Origin: an uncultured Gemmatimonadales bacterium
GTDB lineage: Bacteria > Gemmatimonadota > Gemmatimonadetes > Gemmatimonadales > GWC2-71-9
DNA length: 64,000 nucleotides
Direction of reading: 5' to 3'
Assembly: GCA_963697435.1 (NCBI GenBank)
Contig: CAVOOB010000005.1
Location: 55,377 to 119,376 of the forward strand
Every line of letters starts with the position of its first letter. Positions within the stretch are counted from its first letter, which is position 1. The notes beneath the pieces were generated by a model. That model worked only from the letters and a program-made list of their open reading frames with translations, was not told where the DNA came from and made no database searches. Both the position numbers and the translations under genes were made by a program. Positions 17,471-29,824 of this stretch are shown here, one piece after another.

Positions 17471-18951
17471 CGCCACCCGGCGCCTCCTCGTGCTGGTACT
17501 GCTCGCCGCCCTCGTCGGGGCCGGCCCGGCAGGCGCACAGGCACTCCAGAAGCGAATCAACGCCCGGCTCGGGGCGCCGCCGCTCGACCACAGTCTCTGG
17601 GGCGTGGTGCTGATGAACACCAAGGGCAAACAACTGTACGGCCGGAATGCGGAGCGGATGTTCATCCCGGCCAGCAATACGAAGCTCGTGGTGAGTGCCG
17701 TCGCGGCGGCGTTGTTCCCGCCCGACTGGACAGTCACCACGAGCGTCTACGCCGACGCGCCGATACGGGACGGCGTCGTCGAGGGCGACCTGGTCCTCTA
17801 CGGCCGGGGCGATCCGACGATGGGGCGACGCTGCTATGCCGTCGACACGACGGCGCCCGGTGCCTGCGACACCGATCCATTCCTGCGCCTCCGCGACCTG
17901 GCGGGACAGCTGCGGGCCCGCAGCGTCACGACGGTCCAGGGCGACCTGGTTGGTGACGGGAGCTGGTTCGACGGCGAGCTCATCAACATCGATTGGGAGA
18001 TCTACGACCTGAATTGGTGGTACGCCGCTCCCGTGTCGGGACTCGGCTTCAATGACAACAGCATCGACTTCACCTATGCCCCCGGCCCCACCCTTGGCGC
18101 GCCAGCCACCATCACGTTCACGCCCGACTTCGGTACGGTGGCGTTTGAGAACAGGACCCGGACGGTCGCCGCGGGCAAGCCGACGACGATCGACTTCTAC
18201 CGCGAACCCGGCACCCTGCGTGTCTGGGCGGAGGGGGACGTCGCGCTCGATTCCCGTGGTCGGAACGAATACTTCGCCCTGCCCGACCCGGCACTGTACA
18301 CCGCGTGGGCGCTGCGCGCGGTCCTGGCAGACAGCGGCATCGCCGTGCTGGGTACGAGCCGCTCCACCGTGGACTCCACCGAGTTCATGGCCGCGCGGCA
18401 GGGCGCGCCGCTGGCCGAGGTCGCGTCGCGTCCCGTCAAGGACTGGATCTTCCCGATCCTGAACACGAGCCAGAACTGGTTCGCCGAGATGCTCCTCGAA
18501 GCAGCTCGGGCGGCAGTTCGGAACCGCCGGGTCGTGGAAGGAGGGCCTCGCCGTGGAGCGGCGCTTCCTCATCGACTCGATGCAGGTGGACTCGCTGCAG
18601 TTCTCGCTCCGCGACGGCTCCGGCCTCTCGAGCTCCAATCTGGTGTCGCCGCAAGCCTTTGCGATGCTGCTGGCCTGGATGCGCACACACCCGCGGTTCG
18701 CGTCCTTTGCCGCGGGCCTTCCGCAGTCGGGCCAGCGCGGATCACTCAAGTCGCGATTCATCGGCACACCACTCGAAGGGATGGTGCGCGCGAAGACGGG
18801 GAGCATCAGCCGGGTGAACACCCTGTCAGGGTACATCGAGCAACCTGGGCGCACGCTGGTCTTTTCGGTGGAGGCGAATAACCACACCCTGGGCAGCCGG
18901 GCCATGATCCCGCAGATCGACAGCCTCGTCGTGCAGATGGGGAAGAAATAG
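17463..18951 (+). pseudogene. dacB: D-alanyl-D-alanine carboxypeptidase/endopeptidase PBP4 (peptidase S13), one frame break
   Basis: Track ORFs 17403..18881 and 18553..18951 carry the two halves. Motifs are SxxK (PASNTKL), SxN (NTSQNWFAE) and KTGS. The frame changes at about 18498-18500: AEMLL, then KQLGRQFGTAGSWKEGLAVERRF continues in the +1 frame. ATG 17463 overlaps the permease end by 8 nt. Confidence 0.8.
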
Positions 18952-18952
18952 C

Positions 18953-20337
<1,385 letters not shown>

Positions 20338-20341
<4 letters not shown>

Positions 20342-20883
20342 AGATCTACACGCGAACCGGCGACCAGGGCGAAACCGGGCTCTTCGGCGGCGGGCGGGTG
20401 CCGAAGGACCACGAGCGGGTGGCCGCCTACGGCGACGTGGACGAGCTCAACGCGGTCCTCGGCGTGGCCCGTGCCGCCGCACCCAATGCCGCCTACGACT
20501 CCCTGCTCGAAACTGTGCAGCGCGATCTCTTCAGCATCGGCGGCTACCTGGCGACACCGGACCCTGCCAGGGTGGAAGCCGCGCTCGCCAAAGCAGAGCT
20601 CCCTGCCGCGCGAATCGGCGAGTTCGAGGCGGCGATGGATGCGGCCGACGCCGAGCTGCCGCCCCTCCGTGCCTTCGTCCTGCCCGCCGGAACCTCGCAG
20701 GCGGCCGCCCTCCATCATGCCCGCACGGTGTGCCGGCGCGCGGAGCGAAGCGTCGTGCGCCTGTCGCACGGCGCGGCCGTCCCCCCACTCCTCATCGCCT
20801 ATCTCAACCGCCTCTCGGACCTCCTCTTCACCCTGGCGCGGCTGGCCAATCATCGGTCCGGCGTGGCCGACAAGACCTGGTAG
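20338..20883 (+). CDS. pduO: PduO-type ATP:cob(I)alamin adenosyltransferase
   Basis: Track ORF 20026..20883, trimmed to ATG 20338 (MKIYTRTGDQGETGL signature). There is an ATGA overlap with the preceding stop. Confidence 0.85.
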
Positions 20884-20885
20884 CG

Positions 20886-21978
20886 GTGCCAGAGTTTCAG
20901 GTCCGTCACGCACTCGGCGAGTACACCGTGACGGTTCGTCCCGGAGTGCTCGATGAGTTGCCCGAGCGCGTCGCCGCACTGTGGCCGGGACGGCGGGTCG
21001 CCGTCATCACAGACGAAACCGTCGGCGCCCTCGCTGGCCGATCGACTTGCCACGGGAAGCTGGGCGCTGACCCTCTCGGTACCTCCCGGTGAATCGTCGA
21101 AGACCCGCGCCCGCTGGGAAGCACTGACCGACGCCCTCTTCTCCGCGGGCCTCTCCCGAAACGCCGCAATCGTGGCGCTCGGCGGCGGGATGGTGGGAGA
21201 TCTCGCCGGCTTCGTGGCTGCCACCTATGCCCGCGGCATTCCCTTCCTCCAGGTGCCGACCACTCTCCTGGCCATGGTGGACTCCTCCGTGGGCGGCAAG
21301 ACCGGGGTGGACACACCCTTGGGGAAGAACCTGGTCGGGGCCTTCCACCCGCCCACCGCTGTCCTCGCCGACCCACTCGTGCTGGAGTCGCTGCCGCCGC
21401 AGCACCTGCGCTGCGGCCTCGCCGAGATGGCGAAGCACGGCCTCATGGCGGATGCCGCGTACTGGGCTGAGCTCGGAGCGAACGCAGAGGGACTCCAGGC
21501 GCGGGAACCGGAGACGCTCACCCGGCTCATCGCCCGGAGCGTCGAGTTGAAGGCGGCAGTCGTGATGGAAGACGAACGCGAGTCCGGTCGCCGCGCGGCC
21601 CTCAACGCCGGGCACACGGTGGCGCACGCCGTCGAGCACACCTCGAACTTCGCGGTCGCTCATGGCGACGCCGTCGCCATGGGGCTCGTGGCCGAGTCGC
21701 ACCTCGCCGAGGCCCTCGGCGTCGCCGTCCCCGGCCTGGCCGAGCGGGTCACGGCGGGGCTGCGGCGGCTTTCCCTGCCGACTCGCCTGCCGGTGGAGAT
21801 CGATGCCACCGAGCTCTTCGAGGCGATGCGGCTCGACAAGAAGCGCACCAAGAACACCCTGCGCTTCTCCCTTCCGCACGACATCGGCACCATGGCACGC
21901 GATGACGAGCAGTGGACCATCCCCGTGCGCGACACGCAGGCGATTGTGCACGCACTCCGCAACACCGGCGCCGCCTGA
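20886..21978 (+). pseudogene. aroB: 3-dehydroquinate synthase, one frame break
   Basis: The N-terminus (VPEFQVRHALGEYTVTV...RRVAVITDETVGAL) lies in the frame of track ORF 20730..21092. The remainder (LADRLATGSWALTLSVPPGESSK, GGGMVGDLAGF, VPTTLLAMVDSSVGGKTGV) lies in ORF 20953..21978. The break is at about 21036-21037 in a GG run. Confidence 0.8.
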
Positions 21979-22019
21979 CCCCACAGCCCTCCACATTTGC
22001 ACGATTTGATGTTAAAAGG

Positions 22020-22044
22020 TAAGTGACTGTATCACGGTCACTTA
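22020..22044. promoter_or_regulatory. 8-bp inverted repeat downstream of aroB and upstream of the sigma factor gene
   Basis: TAAGTGAC (22020-22027) and GTCACTTA (22037-22044) flank a 9-nt spacer. No T-tract follows, so it is either an operator or a weak terminator. Confidence 0.35.
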
Positions 22045-22149
22045 TCGAACTCTTATCCACCTTTGTTGGCAACCCTGGCACGTGGGAAGTGGATGAAACT
22101 TGCAAGTCGTTTTGCGGTGTGATTTTGTGATGTGGAAAGAAAATTTCGC

Positions 22150-22178
22150 TTGACCAGTTTCTAGTCGTGTCCTATATT
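22150..22178 (+). promoter_or_regulatory. near-consensus sigma-70 promoter upstream of the sigma factor gene
   Basis: TTGACC (22150-22155), a 17-nt spacer, then TATATT (22173-22178). It sits in a locally AT-rich 285-bp intergenic region. Confidence 0.5.
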
Positions 22179-22263
22179 CGCACACCTGATGGCTCGCCTC
22201 CCGCCGTCGGCTCCATAGACAACTCGCCCGCTCCTGTTCGCGCCACGACCCACGGGGATCGCC

Positions 22264-23157
22264 ATGGCTCACGGTAGTGCCACCAAGCCCAAAGCACTCT
22301 TTCGTGCTGTTCCCACCGGGGCATTCGACCAGTACCTCCACGACATCCAGAAGCTTCCGATGATCTCCGATCCCGCCGAGGAGAAACGCCTTGCGCGGCT
22401 CGCTCAAAACGGGGATGCGAAGGCGGCCGATCGCCTGGTCACGGCGAATCTTCGATTCGTGATCTCCTACGTGAAGAAGTACCAGGGCCACGGACTCGAC
22501 CTCTCGGAACTTGTCGCCATCGGGAACGAGGGACTGCTGAAAGCGGTGCGGAAGTTCGATCCCGACCATGGGGTCAAGTTCATTTCCTACGCCGTCTGGT
22601 GGGTGCGTCAAGCGGTCCTGAAGGCCCTCGCCGAACAGACCCGCAGTGTCCGCATTCCCCTCAATCAAAACTCCGCCCTCATCAAGATGTCGCGTGCCGA
22701 GAGCTTCCTCGCGCAGGAGATGGGCCGGGAGCCGACCGATCGCGAAGTTGCCACCGCCCTGAATGAATCGGTGGAGAATGTCCGCCTCGCACGCCGCATG
22801 AGTTCCGGAGAGATGTCGCTCGATGCACCCGTCGAGCGGAGCGACCGGGGGTCCAGCACCTTCGGCGACCGGTTTCCCGGGAGCGGCAGCGCAGATATCG
22901 AGGAACAGACCGACGCCCGGCTCACCCGCGAGTTCATTGACCGCCTCTTCGACCAGTACCTGACCCCCCGCGAACGCAAGATTCTCTATCTGTACTACGG
23001 TCTTGAAGAGGGCTCCGACGCCATGACCCTCGAGCGCATCGGCGAGCTGCTCGGTGTCACCCGGGAGCGGATTCGGCAAATCCGCGAGCGCGCCTTTGAG
23101 AAACTCCGCCAGGCCCCCGACGTGAAGGGGCTGAACGGCATGTGGGGTGCCGCCTAG
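22264..23157 (+). CDS. RpoD-family sigma-70 factor, short form lacking region 1.1 (297 aa)
   Basis: Track ORF 22264..23157. It has region 2 (ANLRFVISYVKKYQGHGLDLSELVAIGNEGLLKAVRKFDPDHGVKFISYAVWWVRQAV), region 3, and the region 4.2 HTH (LERIGELLGVTRERIRQIRERA). From memory, its size and sequence resemble the about 290-aa primary sigma factor of Bacteroidetes. Confidence 0.9.
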   Translation: MAHGSATKPKALFRAVPTGAFDQYLHDIQKLPMISDPAEEKRLARLAQNGDAKAADRLVTANLRFVISYVKKYQGHGLDLSELVAIGNEGLLKAVRKFDPDHGVKFISYAVWWVRQAVLKALAEQTRSVRIPLNQNSALIKMSRAESFLAQEMGREPTDREVATALNESVENVRLARRMSSGEMSLDAPVERSDRGSSTFGDRFPGSGSADIEEQTDARLTREFIDRLFDQYLTPRERKILYLYYGLEEGSDAMTLERIGELLGVTRERIRQIRERAFEKLRQAPDVKGLNGMWGAA

Positions 23158-23191
23158 CCTGGCCGCGATCCCGTATGACGGCACCGGTGAT

Positions 23192-23213
23192 GGGGCGCAC
23201 AGCCGTGCGCCCC
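23192..23213 (+). terminator. hairpin terminator after the sigma factor gene
   Basis: GGGGCGCAC (23192-23200), loop AGCC, GTGCGCCCC (23205-23213), followed by TTGCTTG. Confidence 0.5.
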
Positions 23214-23253
23214 TTGCTTGTCCCCCGCACCCTCAATGGCGCTAGATTCCGTC

Positions 23254-23921
23254 ATGGCATCCCGGCTTCCGCTCTTCCCGCTCGAAGTGGTGCTGTTCCC
23301 GGGAACTCCCCTCCCGCTCCACATCTTTGAGCCACGGTACCGCACGATGCTCGCCGACTGCCTGGCAGCCGACGAGCGGTTCGGGCTGCTGCCGCCCGCT
23401 CGCGATGGGAGCCCGCCACGTTCCGGCACCGTCGGGTGCATCGCCCGCGTCCGCGCGTCGCACCAGCTCCCCGACGGCCGCAGCAACATCGTCGTCGTGG
23501 GCGAACGCCGATTCCTCCTCCGCCAGAGACTCACCACCGAGAGCCCCTACCTGATCGGCCTCGTCGACACCTTCGAAGACCTCGCCGGGCCCGCAGGTGC
23601 CGGCCGAGACATTGGCCGCGCTGCGAGAAGTGTCGCACGACGTACCTGGGGGCGATGGAGGTGCTCGGCGGAAACAGCGACCGCTCCCCCTGGGCCGAGG
23701 AGGCCGCGCCCCTGTCGTTCCAGGTTGCCGCGGCGGTGGACTTCGAATTCGAGGTGAAGCGGAGGCTGCTGGAGTTGCGCACAGCCTCCGAGCGAATCGC
23801 GCTGCTGCTGGAACTGTTGCCACCGCTTGCCGCCGAGGCCGCGGTCCGTGCCAGGGTTCATGCCCGCGCCCGGACCAACGGGAAGGGCGGGCCCCACCCC
23901 GACATCGCCATCGCGCAGTGA
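23254..23921 (+). pseudogene. stand-alone Lon N-terminal (LON substrate-binding) domain protein, two frame breaks
   Basis: It starts MASRLPLFPLEVVLFPGTPLPLHIFEPRYRTM. The frame changes at about 23602 (GG run) and inside the G5 run at 23648-23652. The C-terminal part (PLSFQVAAAVDFEFEVKRRLLELRTASERIALLLELL) lies in track ORF 23436..23921. Confidence 0.7.
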
Positions 23922-25334
23922 GCGTCGCGCTCGCCGCGGAGCTGGGGCGCATCGTCGGGCCCCGCTGGGTCCGCGCCCGCCCGGCGGAGCTCGCCGCCTA
24001 CGAGGCCGACGGCCTCCCCACCCACGCCTCGCGCCCCGCCCTCGTCGTCCTCCCCAGTTCGCGGCAGGAGCTGATCGAGGTCATCCGCCTCCTTCACCTG
24101 GCCAGCGTGCCCTTCGTGGCGCGAGGCGCCGGCACGGGCCTCTCGGGCGGCGCCCTCGCCGACCAGGACGCGGTCCTGGTCGTCCTGACACGTCTCAACC
24201 GCATTCTGCACATCGACCCGAGGCAGCGGCGCGCCGTCGTCGAGCCGGGCGTCGTGAATGCCCGGTTATCGGAGGCAGCCTTGCCACATGGCCTGTACTA
24301 TGCCCCCGACCCGTCGAGCCAGACCGCGTGCACCCTCGGAGGAAATGTCGCGGAAAACGCCGGGGGGCCGCACTGCCTGAAGTACGGCGTCACGACCAAC
24401 CACGTCGCCGCGCTCGAGGTTCTCCTCCCCAATGCCGACCTGGTGCGGCTCGGGTCTGGCAGCAGCGAGTCGTGGGGCCCCGATCTGGTCGGGCTCTTCG
24501 TGGGGAGTGAGGGGATGTTCGGGATCGCGACCGAAATCACCCTGCGCCTCGAACCGCTGCCTGCCGCCATCCGCACATTCCTCGCCGCCTTTCCGTCCAT
24601 CCGCACCGCGAGCGAGGCGGTGAGCGGCATCATTGCCGCCGGTATCGTCCCCGCCGCCATGGAGATGATGGACCAGGCGTGCGTGCGCGCGGTGGAAGCG
24701 TCCATCTATGCCGCCGGGTACCCGGTGGATGCCGCTGCGGTTCTCCTGGTGGAACTCGACGGAACGGCGGAGGCGGTCGACGGGGAATCGATGCTGGTGG
24801 AACGAACGGCTCCGGCAGCATGGGGCAACGGAGGTCCGGACGGCATCGACCAGCGATGAACGCGCACGGCTCTGGCAGGGCCGCAAGAAGGCGTTTGGCG
24901 CCATGGGGAGGATCTCCCCCGACCTCGCGGTACAGGATGCCGTGGTCCCACGGAGTACGCTCCCCGACATCCTTGACAGGGTGTCAGCCATCGCCGCGCA
25001 CTATCGGCTCGACGTGGCAAATGTCTTCCATGCCGGCGACGGCAACCTCCATCCGAACATCAGCTTCGACGGACGCGACCCCGAGATGGTCGCCCGGGTT
25101 CGCGCCGCCAACCACGATATCATGCATGCCTGCCTGGCTGTCGGCGGGAGCATCACCGGCGAACATGGAGTCGGGTCCGACAAACTGGCGTACATGCCGG
25201 ACGCCTTTGACGCCGAGACGCTCGGCGCGATGCGGGCCGTGCGTCACGTCTTCGATCCAGGTGCGCGAGCCAACCCGGGCAAGGTCATTCCCTATCACGC
25301 GTGCCGCGAGTGGCGTCGGGGAGGTGCCGTATGA
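23918..25334 (+). pseudogene. glcD: glycolate oxidase FAD-linked subunit GlcD, one frame break
   Basis: GTG 23918 overlaps the preceding TGA (GTGA). It has the FAD-binding motif ARGAGTGLSGGA. The frame changes at about 24803. The C-terminal part (ERARLWQGRKKAFGAMGRISPD...GGSITGEHGVG) lies in track ORF 24708..25334. Confidence 0.8.
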
Positions 25335-26554
25335 GCCACGATGTGCTCGATCGACTCCGGACCCTGCTCGGGAACGCCGCGGTCAGCCGCGATCCAGACG
25401 GGCTCCCCCGGGCGGTCCCCGATTCCACCGACGCGCTCTCCGCGACACTCCGCCTGGCGGAGGACTCGGAATGGCGGGTCCGTCTGGAAGGGCATGGAAG
25501 CTGGGTGCCCGCCGACGCGCCCGCCGACCTGGCCCTCACGACCCGCGGCCTCGATCGCATCCTGGCCGTTGAACCGTCCGACCTCGTCGCCACGGTCGAG
25601 ACCGGTGTCGCAATGGATGTTCTGCAGCGGCGACTCGCCTCGGACGGGATGTGGCTCGCCCTCGATGTTCCCGGCCGCCCCGAGCGAACCATCGGGTCGG
25701 TTGTCGCCACCGCCACCGCCGGTGCCCTCCGCGCCGGGTTCGGCCCCGTGCGCGATCATGTCCTCGGCTGCACCGCCGTCACCGGCGACGGCCGGGTTAT
25801 TCGCCCTGGTGGCACCGTCGTCAAGAATGTCGCCGGGTACGACCTCACCAAGCTGCAGGTTGGCGGATTCGGCGCGTTCGGTGTGCTCACCGCACTCCAC
25901 CTGCGCCTCCGTGCCCTCCCGGCCGCCGATGCCACCCTGGTGGCCCGCGCCCCACGGGACCACCTGACCAGCGCGGCCCGCGACCTTTCCGACGCCGGTG
26001 TCCAGCCCCAGGCGCTTGAGCTGATTTCTCCCGCTGTCGCGGCGGAGTCGGAGTGGATTCTGGCCGCACGGTGTGTCGGTTCTGAAGGAGGGGTCGGAGG
26101 GGACGTCGCCCGAATCCTCGACGCCGCCGACCTCCGCTGGGACCGGCTGGCGCCCGACAGCGCGCACGCGTTCTGGCACCTGGTGACCCACGCCGGCAGT
26201 GGCGCGACGATGACACTCCGCCTTGGCGTCCTCGCCCCCGGGCTCGATGAACTCCTCGACCTCGTGGGCCAACACCTCGATGAAGGTCTCATTTGGGCCG
26301 GGGCCTCAGAGGGCGGAATGCGGTGGGCGGGAGACGCAACCGCCGACAGTGTGCGGACCCTCCGGCGCCTCGCGGCGGAACGCGAGGTCCCCCTTACTCT
26401 CGAGCGCGCTCCGTGGGCCCTGCGCCAGGCCGTCGGCCACTTCGGCGCCTATCGCGAAGGCGTGGGCCCGCTGGTCACGCAGTTGCGCGAGGTCTTCGAC
26501 CCGGGCGGCCGACTGGTGGTGGCCATGGACGGACCGGAAGCCATGACCGGCTAG
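25331..26554 (+). CDS. glcE: glycolate oxidase FAD-binding subunit GlcE
   Basis: Track ORF 25301..26554, trimmed to ATG 25331 (ATGA overlap with the glcD stop). It has an FAD_binding_4-like region ([24 protein letters not shown]). It appears intact. Confidence 0.75.
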   Translation: MSHDVLDRLRTLLGNAAVSRDPDGLPRAVPDSTDALSATLRLAEDSEWRVRLEGHGSWVPADAPADLALTTRGLDRILAVEPSDLVATVETGVAMDVLQRRLASDGMWLALDVPGRPERTIGSVVATATAGALRAGFGPVRDHVLGCTAVTGDGRVIRPGGTVVKNVAGYDLTKLQVGGFGAFGVLTALHLRLRALPAADATLVARAPRDHLTSAARDLSDAGVQPQALELISPAVAAESEWILAARCVGSEGGVGGDVARILDAADLRWDRLAPDSAHAFWHLVTHAGSGATMTLRLGVLAPGLDELLDLVGQHLDEGLIWAGASEGGMRWAGDATADSVRTLRRLAAEREVPLTLERAPWALRQAVGHFGAYREGVGPLVTQLREVFDPGGRLVVAMDGPEAMTG

Positions 26555-27818
26555 CGGCACCGCCGGTATCCTCGCTCCGCTCGCGCCGTGCGTGCACTGC
26601 GGATTCTGCCTGCCGGCCTGCCCGACCTATCTGGCCACCGGCGATGAGAATGACAGCCCGCGCGGGCGCATCGTCCTGATGCGCGCCCTGGCCACCGGCG
26701 CCATCGCGCCGACCGACGCCTCGCTCGGCGAGCACCTCGACCGCTGCCTGGGCTGCCGGGGTTGCGAGCCGGCGTGTCCCTCGGGTGTCGCCTACGGCGC
26801 CGGATTGGCGGCCGCCCGGCAGACCCTCGTCGACGGCCAAGGGGCTTCCATGGGCAGCGCGAATGATCCTGCGTGTCTTCTCGACGCGGCTGCTCTGGCG
26901 TCCACTCCTCACGATGGCTCGTTGGTTCCGAAACACCGGCATCCCCCGCGCCCTTGCCGGAAACGGTCGCGCCTCTTTCTCATTGGGAATGCTCGCCGCC
27001 ACATCACCACCCTTCGGCCCCCCTGCCTCCCTGCCTCGCCGCCGTCGGGCTCCGCCCGACGGCCCCTCCGTCGCCCTCTTCACCGGGTGCGTCATGGACA
27101 CACTGTTCCCGCACATCCATGACGCCGCCCGACGAACGCTCGAGGTCAATGGGTATCGGGTGATCGAGGTGCGAGGCGCAGGGATGCTGCGGTGCGCTGC
27201 ACGAACATGCCGGCGACCATGCGGGGGCGATCCAACTGGCGCAACGCAACATGGCGGCGTTTGCCGAGCGGGTGGATTTCGTCGCGGTCGACAGCGCCGG
27301 GTGCGGGGCGCTGCTCAAGGAGTACGGGCAACTGCTCGGCACCGCGCCCGCATCGGAGTTCGCGTCGCGGGTGGTGGATGTCACGGAACTGCTGGCGGCC
27401 AAGGGGCCCTGCGACGAGCCGGTCCCCTCGACGAGAATGTCGTGTACGATGCCCCCTGCCATCTGCAGCATGCGCAGGGTGTCCAGTGCCGCGCCGCTGG
27501 CGGTCCTCCGCGCCATCAGGGGGATCCAGCTCCGCGAACTGCCCGGCGCGGACCGCTGCTGCGGGAGCGCCGGTATCTACTCGACTGCTGGAGCCCTCAC
27601 TCTCCCGTGATGTCCTCGAGATGAAGCTCGCGGCCATTCGCAACGCGGACCCGATGCCTACCGTCGTCGCGACCGGCAATCCAGGATGCCTCATGCAGAT
27701 CGGTGCCGGGCTCATCGCCGGCGACCTGCCGGTGCGGGCGGCACACCCGGTCGAACTGCTCGATACGGCATACCGATTGAATGGCACGTACGGTCCGCCC
27801 GACTCGGCGTCCCGCTAG
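26547..27818 (+). pseudogene. glcF: glycolate oxidase iron-sulfur subunit GlcF, at least 5 frame breaks; start unresolved
   Basis: It has two CxxCxxCxxxCP clusters ([24 protein letters not shown]). The CCG-domain pieces (CCGALHEHAG, PCHLQHAQGV, CCGSAGIY, NPGCLMQIG) are scattered over track ORFs 26592.., 26785.., 27251.. and 27192... Breaks lie at about 26860, 27180, 27415, 27485 and 27590. No in-frame start codon precedes the first Cys. Confidence 0.75.
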
Positions 27819-27827
27819 GTTACGGGA

Positions 27828-28817
27828 ATGCCGACCACCACACTCCCCGACTTCGAACGCCTCCACCAGTTGCGCGGTGGCGCCGTTGTCACGAGTGCCC
27901 CCGCCGCGGTGTTCCACATCACGGGCAGCGGCGCCCTCAGCTGCCTGCAGGGGCTATGGACCAACGACCTGCTCGAACCCGGGGAGTCTTCGATCACCTA
28001 TGGGGCACTGCTGACGCCGAAGGGGATGATCGTCGCGGATGGATGGGCACTCCGAACCGGCGATGCGGTCGACCTCGTTTTTCCGACCTGCAGGCACATG
28101 AAGCCGATCCAGCAGATATTCCGACGCTCGCTCCCCCCGCGGCTCGCTACTGCCACCGACCGCTCCGACTCCCTTCGCGTGATCCATCTCCTCGGCGATG
28201 CCACCGCCGACCGATGGCCGGTCGTCCCGCTGGGGCGGCTGCCGGAGGCCGGACTCGGTGTCGCGGTGCGAGGTCGCCGAGGGGAGACGTTCCAGGTCGG
28301 AATCCCGCCGGAAGGCCCGTTCGAGGCCCTGCTGATGGGGCCGCTGGATGCGATCGACGACCGTGGAGATCGCTGCTCAAGGCAGCGGGCATGAAGACCG
28401 CGGAGGACGGAGACAGGGAAGCAGCGAGAATTCTCGCTGGCTGGCCCGCTCTCGGCGCGGAGATCGACGAGCGCACCCTGCCCACAGGAGGTGCGGTTCG
28501 ATGAACACGCTGGGAGTCTCGTACACGAAGGGATGCTATACCGGGCAGGAGACCGTGGCGCGCCTGCACTTTCGTGGGCACACCAACCGCGTCCTGCGAG
28601 GCCTGCGATGGATGGGGGACCCGACCGAAGGGGCCCGAGGTACTCGCCGGCGAGAAGCAGGTAGGCCGAGTGAGCTCCCTGCTTGAAACTTCCCGACCGC
28701 GTCCTGGGCCTCGCACTCCTCAAGCGCGAGCTGCAACCGGGAAACCGCGTGACGGTCGGAGGCAGCCCCGCGATCGTCCTCGAACTCCCCTTCGGAGCCG
28801 GGGATATCGAAGGGTGA
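27828..28817 (+). pseudogene. ygfZ: YgfZ/GcvT-like folate-binding protein, at least 4 frame breaks
   Basis: The N-terminal part is track ORF 27828..28394. The KGCYTGQE signature lies in ORF 28348..28686. The tail (EKQVGRVSSLLE...ELPFGAGDIEG) is spread over two further frames. It ends at TGA 28815-28817, overlapping the next GTG. Confidence 0.7.
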
Positions 28818-29806
28818 GAGTACTCGTCACGGGGGGCACCGGACTGGTCGGCGAACCAGTGATCCGAGCACTCCTTGCGCGGGGAGATGCCGTCGTCGCA
28901 CTGGCTCGCAGCCGGGAGTCGACCGAGCAGGTGGCGGCGTTCGGCGCTACCCCACTGCGTGGCACGGTCGAGGATCCGCGCACCTGGGAATCGGAATCAC
29001 CGGCATCGACGGTATCATCCACTCGGCGGCGCTGGTGGCCGCACGCGCGCCGTGGCAGAGCTTCTTCCAGGTCAACGTCGAGGGGACTCGCCTCGCGGCC
29101 GCAACCGCGCGCCGGCTCCGCGTGCGCCTGGTGCACATTTCGTCGGTGGCGGTCTACGGACGGCAGGCGGCCGACGAGCCTCCCGGCAGTCGCAGCGAGC
29201 ACGCTCCCTTCGGTCCGCTCGAGGAACACGATTTCTACGCACGCAGCAAGCGGCTCGCCGAGGAGATGGTGCGGTCGGAGGTGGCGGTCGGGCTGGAGGC
29301 AGTCATCCTCCGGCCCTGCGTCGTCTATGGAGAAGGAGATCGCCTCTTCCTGCCGAGGATGGCACGGGCCGCGCGTTTTGGGTGGCTGCCCCGCATCGGT
29401 GCGGGAGACCGCACGATGGCCGTTGTTCATGCGGAGAGCGTGGCCGATGCCGCGGTTCGGGCGCTCGATACCCCGCGCGCGGCGAGCCGCATCTATCAGG
29501 TGACCAACGACGGCGATCATCACCCCGAAGGATTTTGTGGCGGCGCTCTCGGAGGGTCTCGGGCGACGGATCAGCACCGTTCCCCTGCCCGAACCTGCGG
29601 CCCTCGCCCTCGCGCATGGCATCCAGGCGTTGCTCCGAGTCGTGGGCCCAGGCCTCTATCCAGGCACGATCACCGGAGCCGTTCGCTTCTGGCGCGGGGG
29701 CAATCCCTACACGTCCGCGCGGGCAGAGGCGGAACTCGGCTGGCGACCATCGGTGCTGCACCGGGAGCGAGTCGCCGACCTCGTCCGCCGCTTCGCGGAC
29801 ACCTGA
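28814..29806 (+). pseudogene. NAD-dependent epimerase/dehydratase (SDR) family protein, two frame breaks
   Basis: GTG 28814 begins VRVLVTGGTGLVGE (Rossmann motif). YARSK (YxxxK) lies in track ORF 29035..29913, and the tail lies in ORF 29537..29806. Breaks are at about 28990 and 29515. Confidence 0.7.
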
Positions 29807-29824
29807 CCACAGTCCGCAGTCCCG

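Noticed and set aside
22066-22083. TTGGCAACCCTGGCACG as a sigma-54 promoter upstream of the sigma factor gene
   Set aside because: The GG-to-GC spacing is 8 nt in one reading. No TTGC follows TGGCAC at the required distance in the other. Neither fits TGGCAC-N5-TTGC.
22042-23184. 380-aa minus-strand ORF covering the sigma factor locus
   Set aside because: It is antisense to a gene with unmistakable sigma-70 motifs. It has no recognisable motifs of its own and a Gly/Ala/Leu/Glu/Pro-rich composition. This is typical of stop-poor antisense frames in high-GC DNA.
23243-23256. TAGATT as the -10 of a leaderless promoter for the Lon-N domain gene
   Set aside because: No acceptable -35 lies at 16-18 nt, since TTGCTT is 23 nt away. 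An alternative upstream ATG/GTG start cannot be excluded.
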